Part shown: positions 46,974-57,838 of the stretch, one piece after another | Layout: each line of letters begins with the position of its first letter | Position numbering within the stretch: the stretch's first letter is position 1 | From: a virus | Taxonomy: Duplodnaviria; Caudoviricetes | Length of the DNA: 64,000 nt | Direction: 5' to 3' (one strand) | Virus record (IMG/VR): IMGVR_UViG_3300021256_001754 | Location: 128,001-192,000 of that record | Made by a program: the position numbers and the translations under genes | Notes under the pieces: model-generated | What the model saw: only the letters and a program-made list of their open reading frames with translations | Databases searched by the model: none | Told to the model about the DNA's origin: nothing

Positions 46974-49745
46974 TTATGTCCTATCAAGTTCAATATCAAT
47001 GCATGGCTCTAACGTCTCTCCATCAGAAAGTAATCTGTTTCGTACATTGATAAGTTCTGGTACTAAATTAGGATCTGTTACTTCTTTAAGTAAAAGATGA
47101 TTTACACCCCATTCATTTCCATTAAAGTTTTTGAACTCAATATAGATAATAAGCCCTTTGAATTCTTCTTTAATATCATGTAAAAGATTAGGTATATGTA
47201 AATCAGCACCTGTATTATTAAGATTTTCGATATAATCTTTGATATATCTGATAACGTCAGTTTTAGTATAAGTATCGTTAGAATTTGCAAGTTTCATTCT
47301 AAACTGCCATGAAGTGTCCACATGATCCAGATCTTTAGCATCTGTAATAGTTGTAGTAGATCCAGCAGCATAACACAAACTTGGTCCGTATGTATTATAA
47401 GTCTTGAAATCTATCTGCATATTATCTTCCAATACACTTGTACAATGATCTATATAAGATTTCTGTTCAGATAAAGCTTTTGCTAAATAAATAGCATGTG
47501 ATTCAGATGTGAGATAATGACAACCAACCATAGGTACAGACCTAATATAATAGTGGTCAAATTCTCCATCTTCTGTAGATATAGCTTTTATCTTCGTATT
47601 CATAACGTCAGTATAGTTTTCAAATAATGTAATGCCATTATTTGTCTTATATGTATTGACAAGAGTAAACTTATTCTCTCCATCTTCATCTATAACAGAT
47701 GCTGGAATATAATCTGTACACTGACTCTTTCCATAACCTCCAACAGGATCATCTTCTTCTGTAAATCTTGCAAGTATAAATATATCAGCATCAATAGATT
47801 CTTTAAATAATCCATCGTTTACACCTGTACTATTAGGAACTCCGAGACTTAACAGATTAAGTTCATTATCTACAGTAAACTTATTATCAGTTTCAAGTTC
47901 TATAGTCCAACTAGTTTTATAAGTTTCCTGATCCCATCCAGATAATTTAGCTTCAACCCATCTGTATGGTTGAGAATCTTTATATAATAGCATAAAGACT
48001 TTCATATTATTTTTGATAATTGTAACTTCTCCTGTGGTTTGATCTTTCTCTGATACTATAAGACCATAATCATCCATAGTAGACTGAAGTATATCAAATG
48101 TAATATAATATACTTTATTATTGGATAATAGATTTCTAGCTACATGCATCTTATTTGCTACAAATCCAAGATTTACTTTCTCATTTGCATATTGATAACT
48201 CAAATAATCATCTAAATTAACTTGAGCGCTAAAATAGCTACAATACAGAGGATCTGTATTTATAATCATATTATGTATTAGAGAATAATAGAATCTTGTA
48301 TTGTTAAAATAAGCATCTGTAAAATACTCTGGTATTTGATTTGGAGCTATATGCTCTCCGATACCGACATTTTTATCCAATACAAAAGTTGTACCAGCTG
48401 GAATTATATATCTTGTATCATCTACTTTAGTTACATAAGAAGTATCCTTTATGTCTATATTCAGATGAATAGAATTGGTTGGTATTATATTATTCATACT
48501 GTCTTTCAATACAGTATAAGTATACCATATTCTTCTAAGCTGATTATCAACTTTCTTCTGTGGATGGAGTTTATGCTTACTATCAGATATGAGATTGAAA
48601 TAGTTTATCAAATCCTGTTCTGTTGTAATGTATCCTCTTGATAAAGCCATCTTTGGTAGCAAACTCTGAAGGTCTTCTTTAGACTTTCTATCACTACCAT
48701 GCTCAGAATCAGTTGCACAGTTTACGATACAAGTAATCTTCTTATAGTTATAAATAGAAGACTCAAAATCTACATAGAAACCAGTTTCATCTTCTGTATT
48801 TTGATATGAGAAGTTTCCTTCTGATCCTACAGTTGTATATGCTACTACCTTTATATCAGAATTAAATCCTGGTATATAGTTTGTACGATCAAATTGTATT
48901 CTTATAGTATCATCTGCGGTATATAAATACCAGCAATAATTCTCAGCATCAGGTTCTACAATAGAACCATACATATACGGAGTAAGACGTTTTGTTACCC
49001 CATTCTCTGTAACGTATACTACAAAGTCTGCTAACTGATTAGAGAAATTAAATGTATAAGATTTATTCTCTATAATAGTATTTGTAAGAATTGTATCAGA
49101 TGATATTTCTATACTACACTGTCTTACTGTAGGTTGTAAGAATACATATCTTGTATTATTGAAATTTACTACAAATGGCTGTAATAAATAAGCATTTGTG
49201 AGATCAGATATCGGATTCAAATCATTTGGATCCATATTATAACGAGCATTATAAGTATAAACCTTATTTCCTTGATTGTCATATCTATTATGCCAAGATC
49301 TTGTAAGTATAATGTCATAATCCAAATGGAATTCATAATTTCCTATAAATATAGGACAAGTCTTATCAAAGACAAATTGTTCTGTACCTGTTGATTCAGC
49401 TACAACTGTAGCGTATTTATCAATATCATCTACTTTGATAGCCAAGTTTATAACAACAGATGCCGGTACTGCATTAATATTTTCTATATTATGATATGCA
49501 GCATGAGTTATAAGATTCTTTGTTAATCTAGCTCTGCTAGGAAACATTTCGTTTCCTAAGATATATGTCTGCTGAGAAGCCATCTGAATCTTCTTAGCTG
49601 ATATATCACCTAATACACCAAATATACCAATGGAAAGGGTTTCTTCGTCTTGGTCATTGATGTATCGAGCTTTAGTTTCATTTATCATTTTCAGAATTTC
49701 ATAAACATCTGAACTCGGATACCAATTTTTATCTGTGGTGCTCAA
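46974..49745 (-). CDS. Baseplate wedge protein (T4 gp6-like)
   Basis: NEMFPSRARL...NINAVPA N-terminus; YTTVGSEGNF and GSDRKSKEDL...ITTEQD blocks. Confidence 0.7.
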   Translation of the reverse strand: MSTTDKNWYPSSDVYEILKMINETKARYINDQDEETLSIGIFGVLGDISAKKIQMASQQTYILGNEMFPSRARLTKNLITHAAYHNIENINAVPASVVINLAIKVDDIDKYATVVAESTGTEQFVFDKTCPIFIGNYEFHLDYDIILTRSWHNRYDNQGNKVYTYNARYNMDPNDLNPISDLTNAYLLQPFVVNFNNTRYVFLQPTVRQCSIEISSDTILTNTIIENKSYTFNFSNQLADFVVYVTENGVTKRLTPYMYGSIVEPDAENYCWYLYTADDTIRIQFDRTNYIPGFNSDIKVVAYTTVGSEGNFSYQNTEDETGFYVDFESSIYNYKKITCIVNCATDSEHGSDRKSKEDLQSLLPKMALSRGYITTEQDLINYFNLISDSKHKLHPQKKVDNQLRRIWYTYTVLKDSMNNIIPTNSIHLNIDIKDTSYVTKVDDTRYIIPAGTTFVLDKNVGIGEHIAPNQIPEYFTDAYFNNTRFYYSLIHNMIINTDPLYCSYFSAQVNLDDYLSYQYANEKVNLGFVANKMHVARNLLSNNKVYYITFDILQSTMDDYGLIVSEKDQTTGEVTIIKNNMKVFMLLYKDSQPYRWVEAKLSGWDQETYKTSWTIELETDNKFTVDNELNLLSLGVPNSTGVNDGLFKESIDADIFILARFTEEDDPVGGYGKSQCTDYIPASVIDEDGENKFTLVNTYKTNNGITLFENYTDVMNTKIKAISTEDGEFDHYYIRSVPMVGCHYLTSESHAIYLAKALSEQKSYIDHCTSVLEDNMQIDFKTYNTYGPSLCYAAGSTTTITDAKDLDHVDTSWQFRMKLANSNDTYTKTDVIRYIKDYIENLNNTGADLHIPNLLHDIKEEFKGLIIYIEFKNFNGNEWGVNHLLLKEVTDPNLVPELINVRNRLLSDGETLEPCIDIELDRT

Positions 49746-51013
49746 ATCAAACTATCTCCTTTCCATTTTAATTTATAGACATATCCACCTGGAGCATGTA
49801 AGTTTCGTACTCTGAATATTCTAGCTGCTTTAGCAGGTCTTGTATCTGGTACATCTAGAGAAGTATTATGGACATTTAATTCAAATTTAGAATTAAACCA
49901 TTGCTCCTTATAGAAGTCGTTAAATTCTGCCAATAGATATGGTTTCATATCGTCATAAAAAGCAGCACCAAATTCAATGGAATATGATAATCCATTGGAG
50001 AAATCGGTGTTTGAAAATACATCTCTAGGAAGATTCTTTGATTTTACCCCAAAGTATTTACCATAATACAGAATAGTTTCATTATCTTCAGCAACTAAGA
50101 ATTTGTAGATAGAATATTGATCATATAAAGATCTATCTTTTTTATACTTTTCTAATGGTGGTAAATGTCCATGGTGTTTTATAGTTTCATAATCTTCATA
50201 AGCTTTGAAGAAATGAAATACAGGAAGATACTTGGTATCTCTGAATTCAAGAGAGAATGTCGGATTGTTATCCGACGCTTCTGAAGAACCTCTGTACGTA
50301 TAAGATACTCCATACATATTTGCCGGTGTATCTATCATTTCTGCTTCTGAAGCTGGTACATCCAAATTACTTATTACAGTATTACCTAATAGGTTATTGA
50401 AAACATTATTTCTATCAAGACTTAACTCCAACTGTTTTATAACTTCTGGATGCATAACAGATAATTCAGTCCAATAAGATTTGGTTCTCAAATATGGCGA
50501 TAGCTCGCCGTTAATATTCATAATATTTAAGTCTGGTTTTGTAAAGAATAAATATTCTCTTACTGTGGAAACCGTATCATATGGGTTTATCCAACCAAAC
50601 CTAAATCGTTGAGAAAAAGGATCGAGTTCGTCTCTGTCGAATAGATTAGAGGCATGTCTAGCTGTTCTTACAAAATCTACATTTGGTATAGAAATATCAA
50701 CTCTAGATTCTCCGTTACTACCTTTAGTAACAGAAAAAGCATCTGCTGTAACAGTACGAATCCGTTCACTAGTATTATCATCGTCCATAGCACCTTGAGA
50801 TACATTTGTGGTTGCTATAGCACGTTGATCGTTAGTTTCAGCTTGCTGTTGTGCTTGTCTATTCCTTGCATTTTCTCTAGCTTTTTGTTCTTCTTTAACC
50901 TGTTGCATAAATGACTTATTTGCATCTATTGCATCAGAGTTATTGTTTTTACTTCTACCAGTGAGATTTACAACTCTTACACCACTACCATCTAACGAAT
51001 TTACTTTTGCCAC
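49742..51013 (-). CDS. Baseplate/tail-tube-initiator-like structural protein
   Basis: YLFFTKPDLNI and FSLEFRDT blocks; next to the wedge gene; late promoter at 51043. Confidence 0.5.
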   Translation of the reverse strand: MAKVNSLDGSGVRVVNLTGRSKNNNSDAIDANKSFMQQVKEEQKARENARNRQAQQQAETNDQRAIATTNVSQGAMDDDNTSERIRTVTADAFSVTKGSNGESRVDISIPNVDFVRTARHASNLFDRDELDPFSQRFRFGWINPYDTVSTVREYLFFTKPDLNIMNINGELSPYLRTKSYWTELSVMHPEVIKQLELSLDRNNVFNNLLGNTVISNLDVPASEAEMIDTPANMYGVSYTYRGSSEASDNNPTFSLEFRDTKYLPVFHFFKAYEDYETIKHHGHLPPLEKYKKDRSLYDQYSIYKFLVAEDNETILYYGKYFGVKSKNLPRDVFSNTDFSNGLSYSIEFGAAFYDDMKPYLLAEFNDFYKEQWFNSKFELNVHNTSLDVPDTRPAKAARIFRVRNLHAPGGYVYKLKWKGDSLI

Positions 51014-51237
51014 GCGCTCTACCTCCTTTCTTTAGCTTAAATTATAAGAATGTTCTGGCTATAGGTATATATCAAACTCTATTTAAATTATATACTATAT
51101 ATTTGTAATTGATAAGGGAAGACCTGAAGAAAGGGTCTTTTCCATATTCTGATTTCATAGAAATCAAACCCCTTCAAAGATCTGTTATACGCTATTTGTA
51201 TTACATTTGAATTTATTAAGGAGGACTTGATTTATTT

Positions 51238-51468
51238 ATGGAATTATATGGAGAAGAGATTTCAGATTTTGACTTACACCAGCTATTGCTTCGTGCTGAT
51301 AGGAACGAAACTAGAAATATCTTAAGTGCTATTTCTGCAACCAAAAAGTACGAAGCAATAGAACGTATTAGAAAGGAGGACGACCCATATAAAAGATTTA
51401 TTATGAAGTCTATGTTTGACGATGGTATTTATGATTATAGCGTTTTATACGGACCTGACTACAAATAA
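51238..51468 (+). CDS. Small hypothetical protein with a structured leader
   Basis: AAGGAGG RBS; hairpins at 51114-51175. Confidence 0.7.
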   Translation: MELYGEEISDFDLHQLLLRADRNETRNILSAISATKKYEAIERIRKEDDPYKRFIMKSMFDDGIYDYSVLYGPDYK

Positions 51469-51581
51469 GTTTTCATAATGAAATTGTAATTTAGAAAAGA
51501 CCTTTTCTTTTTTTTTTTTCTTTAACGTATTTACAAGCTCAACTTCTATATAAATCAATAAAATATAAGGAGGATTATACA

Positions 51582-53177
51582 ATGCCTTACGTACATGAAG
51601 TCACAAGTGACATTCTAAATCTTGTAAAGATGGCAGGATCATTTGCTGACAAAATTGATACAGCAGCTAATGGTGGATATAATAATTCTCGTAATAGTAC
51701 AGGTCTTAATTCGACATCTATTATGAGAGCATCAAAAGATCTCGTAATGTCTTTTCCGGTTCTTTGTGATAATACAGTTTCTCCGTCTACAGCTATAATG
51801 GTTACAAAGGCTATAGAGAGAATGTGTGTTGCTCAGTTGCAGCTTTTATTCTCTTCTGCTTATGTAAAGGGAAATGACGGTAGAGAAGTTCTTAGGCAGT
51901 GGCATAAGAATATGAATCAGGATATGGGTATAGATGATTTCTTGGCTATATCCGATTCTATTACTGGTACACCTGCTAGTTATGGTGGTGGATGGAATAA
52001 GGGAATGTTTGAGGCTTCTTTGGAAAGAATTGCTGAAGACATGAAGAACCAGTTCTTATCAGAAATGGTATTCTATCCTGAGACAAGCTTCTCTGAGTCT
52101 GCTATTATGGATTATACAGTAGACGATAGATTTGGAGAGAATACAGTCGTAAAGACTCCGACCAGATATATCAGAGAAGATATACAGGATAATATCGACG
52201 ATGTTTTGGATAAAGTGGATTTTGCAAATAAATCTGCTAGCAACAGAATTAATGCCGGTAAGCTTGGCGTTGATATGTATAACGCAAAAGAAACAAATCG
52301 TCATAATAAGAAAATGGAGAAGGATGCTGACGAAAAGCGTAAAGAAACTGAGAGACATAATAGAGAAGCTGAAGCTGATGCAGCTGCTAAGAGAGCAATG
52401 GATATGCAGAGGTATGCTTTAGATAGACGAGCAGATGATAGGGCTGAAAGGCAGTATGATCTTGCTAGATCTAAAGCAAACGTTGATTATTTCAAAGCCC
52501 AGCTTCTTGATAGTGATGTAAAGAAAGCAAATGAACTTGTTCCTTCTCTTATGATTATCAGATACAACGTTGTCGATGCAAATAATCCTCAGAACCATAA
52601 TGTAGTTCAGGAATTTATTGCTGGTGTAAAGGCAAGATTAATTTCTTGTAGCGCTAGAGAAATTCAGGATAATATTACATCGGTTACTTCTAATAGAGTA
52701 AGTCTTGTAAACCTTATTAGAGCTACTACTAAGGAAATATCTTTTGCTAAGGATTTCGTTGCAGCTATAGATCAGGCTAAGATTGATGCTAAGCAGAGTT
52801 CTAGATTGTCTAAGACATCACCTATTTGGAGAAGTCTACAGGCTAGAGCTACTAAGTCTGGATTAAATAGACTTAGAAAGAATAAAGCTAATGATGCTTC
52901 TGCTATAACTTCTCTTATTATTTCTATGGAACTTTCTAACGTTATCAAGAATGATAAGAATATTGATTTATCAAACCCTAAGGTTGCAGCTTTCATAATG
53001 GAATCTTATAATCTTATGGCTTTGGTTGTTGTAGATGAGCAGACAGAAACAGCTCACTTCTTACTTGATGGAGAAAAATATTATCAGGATTATACTTTTG
53101 GTGCTCTTGAGAGAGAAACCGGAGATGGTTCTTATAAGAAGATTATCAATCTGATTTCTAAGATTAATAGGGGGTAA
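51582..53177 (+). CDS. Virion structural protein
   Basis: 531 aa; late-gene cluster. Confidence 0.65.
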   Translation: MPYVHEVTSDILNLVKMAGSFADKIDTAANGGYNNSRNSTGLNSTSIMRASKDLVMSFPVLCDNTVSPSTAIMVTKAIERMCVAQLQLLFSSAYVKGNDGREVLRQWHKNMNQDMGIDDFLAISDSITGTPASYGGGWNKGMFEASLERIAEDMKNQFLSEMVFYPETSFSESAIMDYTVDDRFGENTVVKTPTRYIREDIQDNIDDVLDKVDFANKSASNRINAGKLGVDMYNAKETNRHNKKMEKDADEKRKETERHNREAEADAAAKRAMDMQRYALDRRADDRAERQYDLARSKANVDYFKAQLLDSDVKKANELVPSLMIIRYNVVDANNPQNHNVVQEFIAGVKARLISCSAREIQDNITSVTSNRVSLVNLIRATTKEISFAKDFVAAIDQAKIDAKQSSRLSKTSPIWRSLQARATKSGLNRLRKNKANDASAITSLIISMELSNVIKNDKNIDLSNPKVAAFIMESYNLMALVVVDEQTETAHFLLDGEKYYQDYTFGALERETGDGSYKKIINLISKINRG

Positions 53178-53183
53178 TGCGAT

Positions 53184-54362
53184 ATGGTAACCGATTTTGA
53201 AATGGTTGTTAGAGAGCATCTCGACTATAACGATCCTGAAAACGTTCGTATCGTAGCTCGTATAGTTAGAGAAGCAGATACAAATGCAGAGAACAGAATG
53301 CTTGAAGCGGTAACAAAGAAATTATACGATCATATTCAGGCTAAAGCCGATAAGATCGATTTTTCTTCTATTGCCAAATCAAGAGGTGATATTACAAAGA
53401 TTCAGAACTATGAGTCTCTTGTAGACTGTGCTGCTACTATAAGAGAGTTTATGGTTCAGTATAGAGCACCTTTAAATTCAATAGATGCTATTGATGGTGC
53501 TTTAGCAAATCTCAGATCAAGAAAAGCTATGTTTATGAAAGCTTTTGCTGTTGGTTCTCCTATAGGAACTATGACTTATAATTCTATGGGACTTGGAATT
53601 GTATACGCAATTTCATTTATGATTGCTACATGTGTAGAGTATATCAAAGATCCTAGAACAAATGGTTTTACAGTTGCCATCAATAACGTAGCTGTTCGTA
53701 ATACAGATAAACATCTTATGTTTAATTCTCTTAGAGACTTTAATAAGTCTTGCCTTAGTGGAGAATTTGATCAGGCTATGGGTGTTGCTCTTAAGCAGGC
53801 TAGAGTAAGAAGAGAAGCTGCTGATTTAAATATTTCAGCTGATCTTGCTACAGATACCTCTATGGATCCATCTGCTTATTATACAACAGATACAACTGTA
53901 CTTCACGATGAAGGAGACGACAAAGACGACAGAATGGATTGGGATGTCCATCAGGAGAGTATTGCTCTTGTTGGATACATTGTTGTAAGAGCATTCATTT
54001 TCATTGCTAAACTTCTTATCCCATTGATAAGAAACGTTGTATATCTGTGGTATCATACTAAGCAGACTATATCTGATTTCTTTGCTCAGCAGGCACAGCT
54101 TCTCGAGATGAATGCTTATCAGTTACAATATAACAATCAGCTCGATGAAGAAGAAAAGAAGAGAATCTTTGAAAAGCAGATGGCTATAGCTCAGAGATGG
54201 AAGATGTATGCCAGAAAGTTTGACGTAGATTACAATTCTGCAAGTAGAGCTGCTGAAGCAGATGCGGCTGCAGATGATGCTGAATCTTCAAGTTCAGAGG
54301 ATTCTGGATATAACGATAACGACGAGGGAGAGTACTATCCTTCTGATGGTGGAATTTTTTAA
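53184..54362 (+). CDS. Virion structural protein
   Basis: 392 aa; late-gene cluster. Confidence 0.65.
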   Translation: MVTDFEMVVREHLDYNDPENVRIVARIVREADTNAENRMLEAVTKKLYDHIQAKADKIDFSSIAKSRGDITKIQNYESLVDCAATIREFMVQYRAPLNSIDAIDGALANLRSRKAMFMKAFAVGSPIGTMTYNSMGLGIVYAISFMIATCVEYIKDPRTNGFTVAINNVAVRNTDKHLMFNSLRDFNKSCLSGEFDQAMGVALKQARVRREAADLNISADLATDTSMDPSAYYTTDTTVLHDEGDDKDDRMDWDVHQESIALVGYIVVRAFIFIAKLLIPLIRNVVYLWYHTKQTISDFFAQQAQLLEMNAYQLQYNNQLDEEEKKRIFEKQMAIAQRWKMYARKFDVDYNSASRAAEADAAADDAESSSSEDSGYNDNDEGEYYPSDGGIF

Positions 54363-54461
54363 TTCTAACAAATAAGTAATATATAAAGATACCATTGATA
54401 CTATTACAATGGTTGCAAAACCAAATAATAAACTATTAAGAAAATTTAAGGAGGAATATAT

Positions 54462-55472
54462 ATGGAATTCGTAAACGAATTGGCTAATGTAAAGCCTGCT
54501 AATGTGATTCCTGATTTCGTTACTACAGTAGATGAGGCTTCTCTCTATGTTGCAGAAGGCGTTGAGAGAAACTTTGCTGATCTTGAGAGAAGAATTGATC
54601 TTGCAGAGACAAATTACTTCAAGAGAACCGGTCGTTCAATCGTATATGAGGGCGTTGATCTTAAGGCCATCAAGAATGCGATCATCGATAAGCTTAAGAA
54701 GCTTTGGGCTATGATCAAGAAGGCTTTCGAGTTCGTATTCAACAAGATTAAGGAGCTTATCAATAAGGTAACTTCTAAGTTCCAGAGCAAGGATGATATT
54801 GCTAAGAGACTTAAGAATGCTGATCCGGATAGAGTTCTTGGTAAGGTTCACAAGTTCCTTGGACTTGAAGATCTTCTCAGCCGCAGTGGTTCTTACATGA
54901 AGGATATCCACCTTGAGGCATCTCATGCTAACTCATACTTCGTACAGCTTGCTGCAGCTAACAAGAAGGAGCAGAAGGCTCTTAATAAGGCATCTGGTAC
55001 TATGGGTCTTGCTGCCGATAACGCTCTTGGAAAGATTCTTGTTGGTAAGGATTCTGCTACATCAGTAGATGCAATTATCAAGAAGGTTCAGGGTGAAGAG
55101 ATCGAGCTTAAGGTAAGCGACGTTATCAGAAAGTTTGAGGTTATCTGGAAGAAGTCTGTAGACTACGGCTACAATGTAAAGAGAGCTAAGGGTCTCTATG
55201 ACGATGAGAAGAAGATCGTATCTGATATGCAGGCTAAGGTTGCTGCAGCTAAGGATATCGATACATCTGCATTCACAAAGTATCTCGGCAGAATTTCTAC
55301 AGCTATCACAGTTGTAACAAACGCTGCTACACGTTGCCTTGCTACAGAGCACAGAGAGCTTGTTGCTGTTCTTAATGCAGCTCGTTCAGTTAAGGAGATC
55401 AAGGCTGAAGGCAAGAAGGCTAAGAACGAGTCTTATGTAAATTCTGATCTTGACGTTCTCTTCGATTTTTAA
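54462..55472 (+). CDS. Abundant internal head protein
   Basis: Codon bias as strong as the capsid gene; IVYEG followed by the amphipathic helix IKNAIIDKLKKLWAMIKKAF; own promoter and terminator. Confidence 0.65.
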   Translation: MEFVNELANVKPANVIPDFVTTVDEASLYVAEGVERNFADLERRIDLAETNYFKRTGRSIVYEGVDLKAIKNAIIDKLKKLWAMIKKAFEFVFNKIKELINKVTSKFQSKDDIAKRLKNADPDRVLGKVHKFLGLEDLLSRSGSYMKDIHLEASHANSYFVQLAAANKKEQKALNKASGTMGLAADNALGKILVGKDSATSVDAIIKKVQGEEIELKVSDVIRKFEVIWKKSVDYGYNVKRAKGLYDDEKKIVSDMQAKVAAAKDIDTSAFTKYLGRISTAITVVTNAATRCLATEHRELVAVLNAARSVKEIKAEGKKAKNESYVNSDLDVLFDF

Positions 55473-55600
55473 TTAATCGATAAGATTGTATAAGTGAATG
55501 ATTAATAGAGGGAGGATCTAATTCCTCCCTCTGTTTTTTAATTTTAACCATTTTTATACAATCAATTAATTATATATTATTCGTACAGGAGGGAATATTA

Positions 55601-56689
55601 ATGCTATATCGCAAAAGTGATCTTTTAGAAAATAATACAGATTATATTGGAAAAGATACAAGTGTATATGAAGCCTATGGTATTGATATATTTTTGAATG
55701 GGTTGGAATATGTATTAGAAGGAAATGAAAAAGTAGCACATGTATTTGAATCTGCGTATTCAAAAGCTATAAGTGCTTATGGTGGTTCTACTTCTTTTAG
55801 AGAAGCTTTTAATAATAACTTTGATTTGGTTAGCGTTATACAATCTATATTTGATGCTCATATAGATACAGTATCAAAAATATATCATGATGGTATGGAT
55901 GCTACAACTAAAGCTCTAAAGTATATTCCATATCTAAAAAATTATAAGACAGCTATAAAAGATGAGAATGAAGATGTAGATATAAGTGCTATATCAAATA
56001 GAAAGTGGTACATGCTTAAACCTGAATTTGAGCATTATATCTACACCAATTTAGATGCACTTGTGCCACCTAGAGGTTCAGAATCAAAAATTAAAGAATA
56101 TTTCGAGTGTATACAGGACGATGTTGATTCATCGCTGTCTGATGCAAATTCTATTGGTTCTATAGAAAATCTGAAGAGAATTAATAACAATGTATCTGGT
56201 ATTAAAGCTGAACGATATTTGGATTCTATTAGAGCATTTTCTCTTGGTAAATATAATAAGATACGCAAAGAGGATTATGATACTGAGTTATTCAGATATT
56301 TTCATAATGATAGTACAGAACCTGATGGTAGTACTGTTACTCCAAAAGAGATAAAAGAATGCTATGATAGATATATGAATGGTAAATCCATTTTATCTAG
56401 AGAATCTAAAAATTTCAATAGAATGATATCTGATATCAATAGTACCAAATCTAAAATTATAACTATTGGAGAAAATACATTACGTTTAGCTAAAGATAGT
56501 AATCAGAAATACTTAATTGGAATTATCTTAAATTCTGCATGTGGTGTATGTCTTGATATGTGTGATATATATTCTTTATCGTATGCATATAAGTGGGACT
56601 CTATAAAGAATTCTTATGCAGATGATAGTAGAATTCTTCTTAGTGTTGTATATGACATATTGGAGAAGAGAAAGAAAGGAGAATTATAA
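55601..56689 (+). CDS. Probable internal head protein
   Basis: Several xxE sites in the N-terminus; late promoter at 55557. Confidence 0.55.
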   Translation: MLYRKSDLLENNTDYIGKDTSVYEAYGIDIFLNGLEYVLEGNEKVAHVFESAYSKAISAYGGSTSFREAFNNNFDLVSVIQSIFDAHIDTVSKIYHDGMDATTKALKYIPYLKNYKTAIKDENEDVDISAISNRKWYMLKPEFEHYIYTNLDALVPPRGSESKIKEYFECIQDDVDSSLSDANSIGSIENLKRINNNVSGIKAERYLDSIRAFSLGKYNKIRKEDYDTELFRYFHNDSTEPDGSTVTPKEIKECYDRYMNGKSILSRESKNFNRMISDINSTKSKIITIGENTLRLAKDSNQKYLIGIILNSACGVCLDMCDIYSLSYAYKWDSIKNSYADDSRILLSVVYDILEKRKKGEL

Positions 56690-57798
56690 TGAAATATGAT
56701 ATAGACCATATGAAATATAAGAACTTTCTTGCTGAACAAGAGCTGAATAACAAGAAGTCTGTAAATAGAATGCGTTCTTTAACTGAAGGGGAAAAAGCTG
56801 TTGCCGTTAATGAAGCATTTGATGTTGCAGCATATCTTAATAAGGTAGTGGAGAATGTCCAAAAGGTATGGGATAAGATTAAAGAATCATCTAAGAAATT
56901 CATTTCTGATAAAGCAAATGACATTATTTCTGGCATTATCGATGAAACAAATAAAGATGCCACTGGAAATAAAAGACTATATATCACATTAAAAGAAAAT
57001 GAGAAGTCTCCCAATTTTAAAAATCTTTATCAATTGGTAAATACACCACTAGCAGAGTTCCCAACAGATAAAGATAAAATGGCTAAATATAGTTCTCCAT
57101 CAATCTTTATCGGTGATAATTATAAAGAATTATTTAGTGCTAATAACGGAGGATCAGAGAAATCTTCTTCTCAATTTGCAGAAGAGCTATGCTTTACAGT
57201 TGCAAAAGGTGGAGAGAAAATAGGATTCAATAAAGCTCCTGATGGAATGGCTTCTATTAAAGATTGTATAGACTATTTGCAGAATTATAACGATATTATA
57301 GCAACTCTTCAGAAGGATATAGATAAGATCAATACCAATACAAAACAGATAACAGATAAGATTAATGCAGCAAGAGCATCTGAGAATGCATCTTCTAAAG
57401 CTGTACAGAATGTAAATGGTTCATTCACTTATAATTCTTCTTATGGTTCTTTATTATTTGAAGCTCCTAATAAAAATCCTGCTGTTGTAAAAAGTTCAGA
57501 TAGTCCTTTAAAACCAGAGAAATCTGCAGCACCAAATGCTGATAAATCTTCCGGTGGAGATAAAGAGTCTGGTAACAAAGTTAAATACAGCTATAGTGAT
57601 GCTTTGGAAGATATGTGTAAAGTATATATGAAAGCTTCTGCAGAAATATTATCTATCAAATTTTCTAAAGTATACAAAGCCATGTTCCACTCAATCAAGT
57701 ATTGTAAAAAATACAGAAATATGGTGGCTGGGAACAAATCTGGCAATCAAAAAGAAAAAGAGCAGATAGACACAAACAAAATTAAAAAGGTTAAATAA
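56689..57798 (+). CDS. Probable internal head protein
   Basis: VNEA followed by an amphipathic helix, as in 54462..55472. Confidence 0.55.
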   Translation: MKYDIDHMKYKNFLAEQELNNKKSVNRMRSLTEGEKAVAVNEAFDVAAYLNKVVENVQKVWDKIKESSKKFISDKANDIISGIIDETNKDATGNKRLYITLKENEKSPNFKNLYQLVNTPLAEFPTDKDKMAKYSSPSIFIGDNYKELFSANNGGSEKSSSQFAEELCFTVAKGGEKIGFNKAPDGMASIKDCIDYLQNYNDIIATLQKDIDKINTNTKQITDKINAARASENASSKAVQNVNGSFTYNSSYGSLLFEAPNKNPAVVKSSDSPLKPEKSAAPNADKSSGGDKESGNKVKYSYSDALEDMCKVYMKASAEILSIKFSKVYKAMFHSIKYCKKYRNMVAGNKSGNQKEKEQIDTNKIKKVK

Positions 57799-57838
57799 TA
57801 AATATCCCAGTAGGAATTATATCCTACTGGGTATTTGT

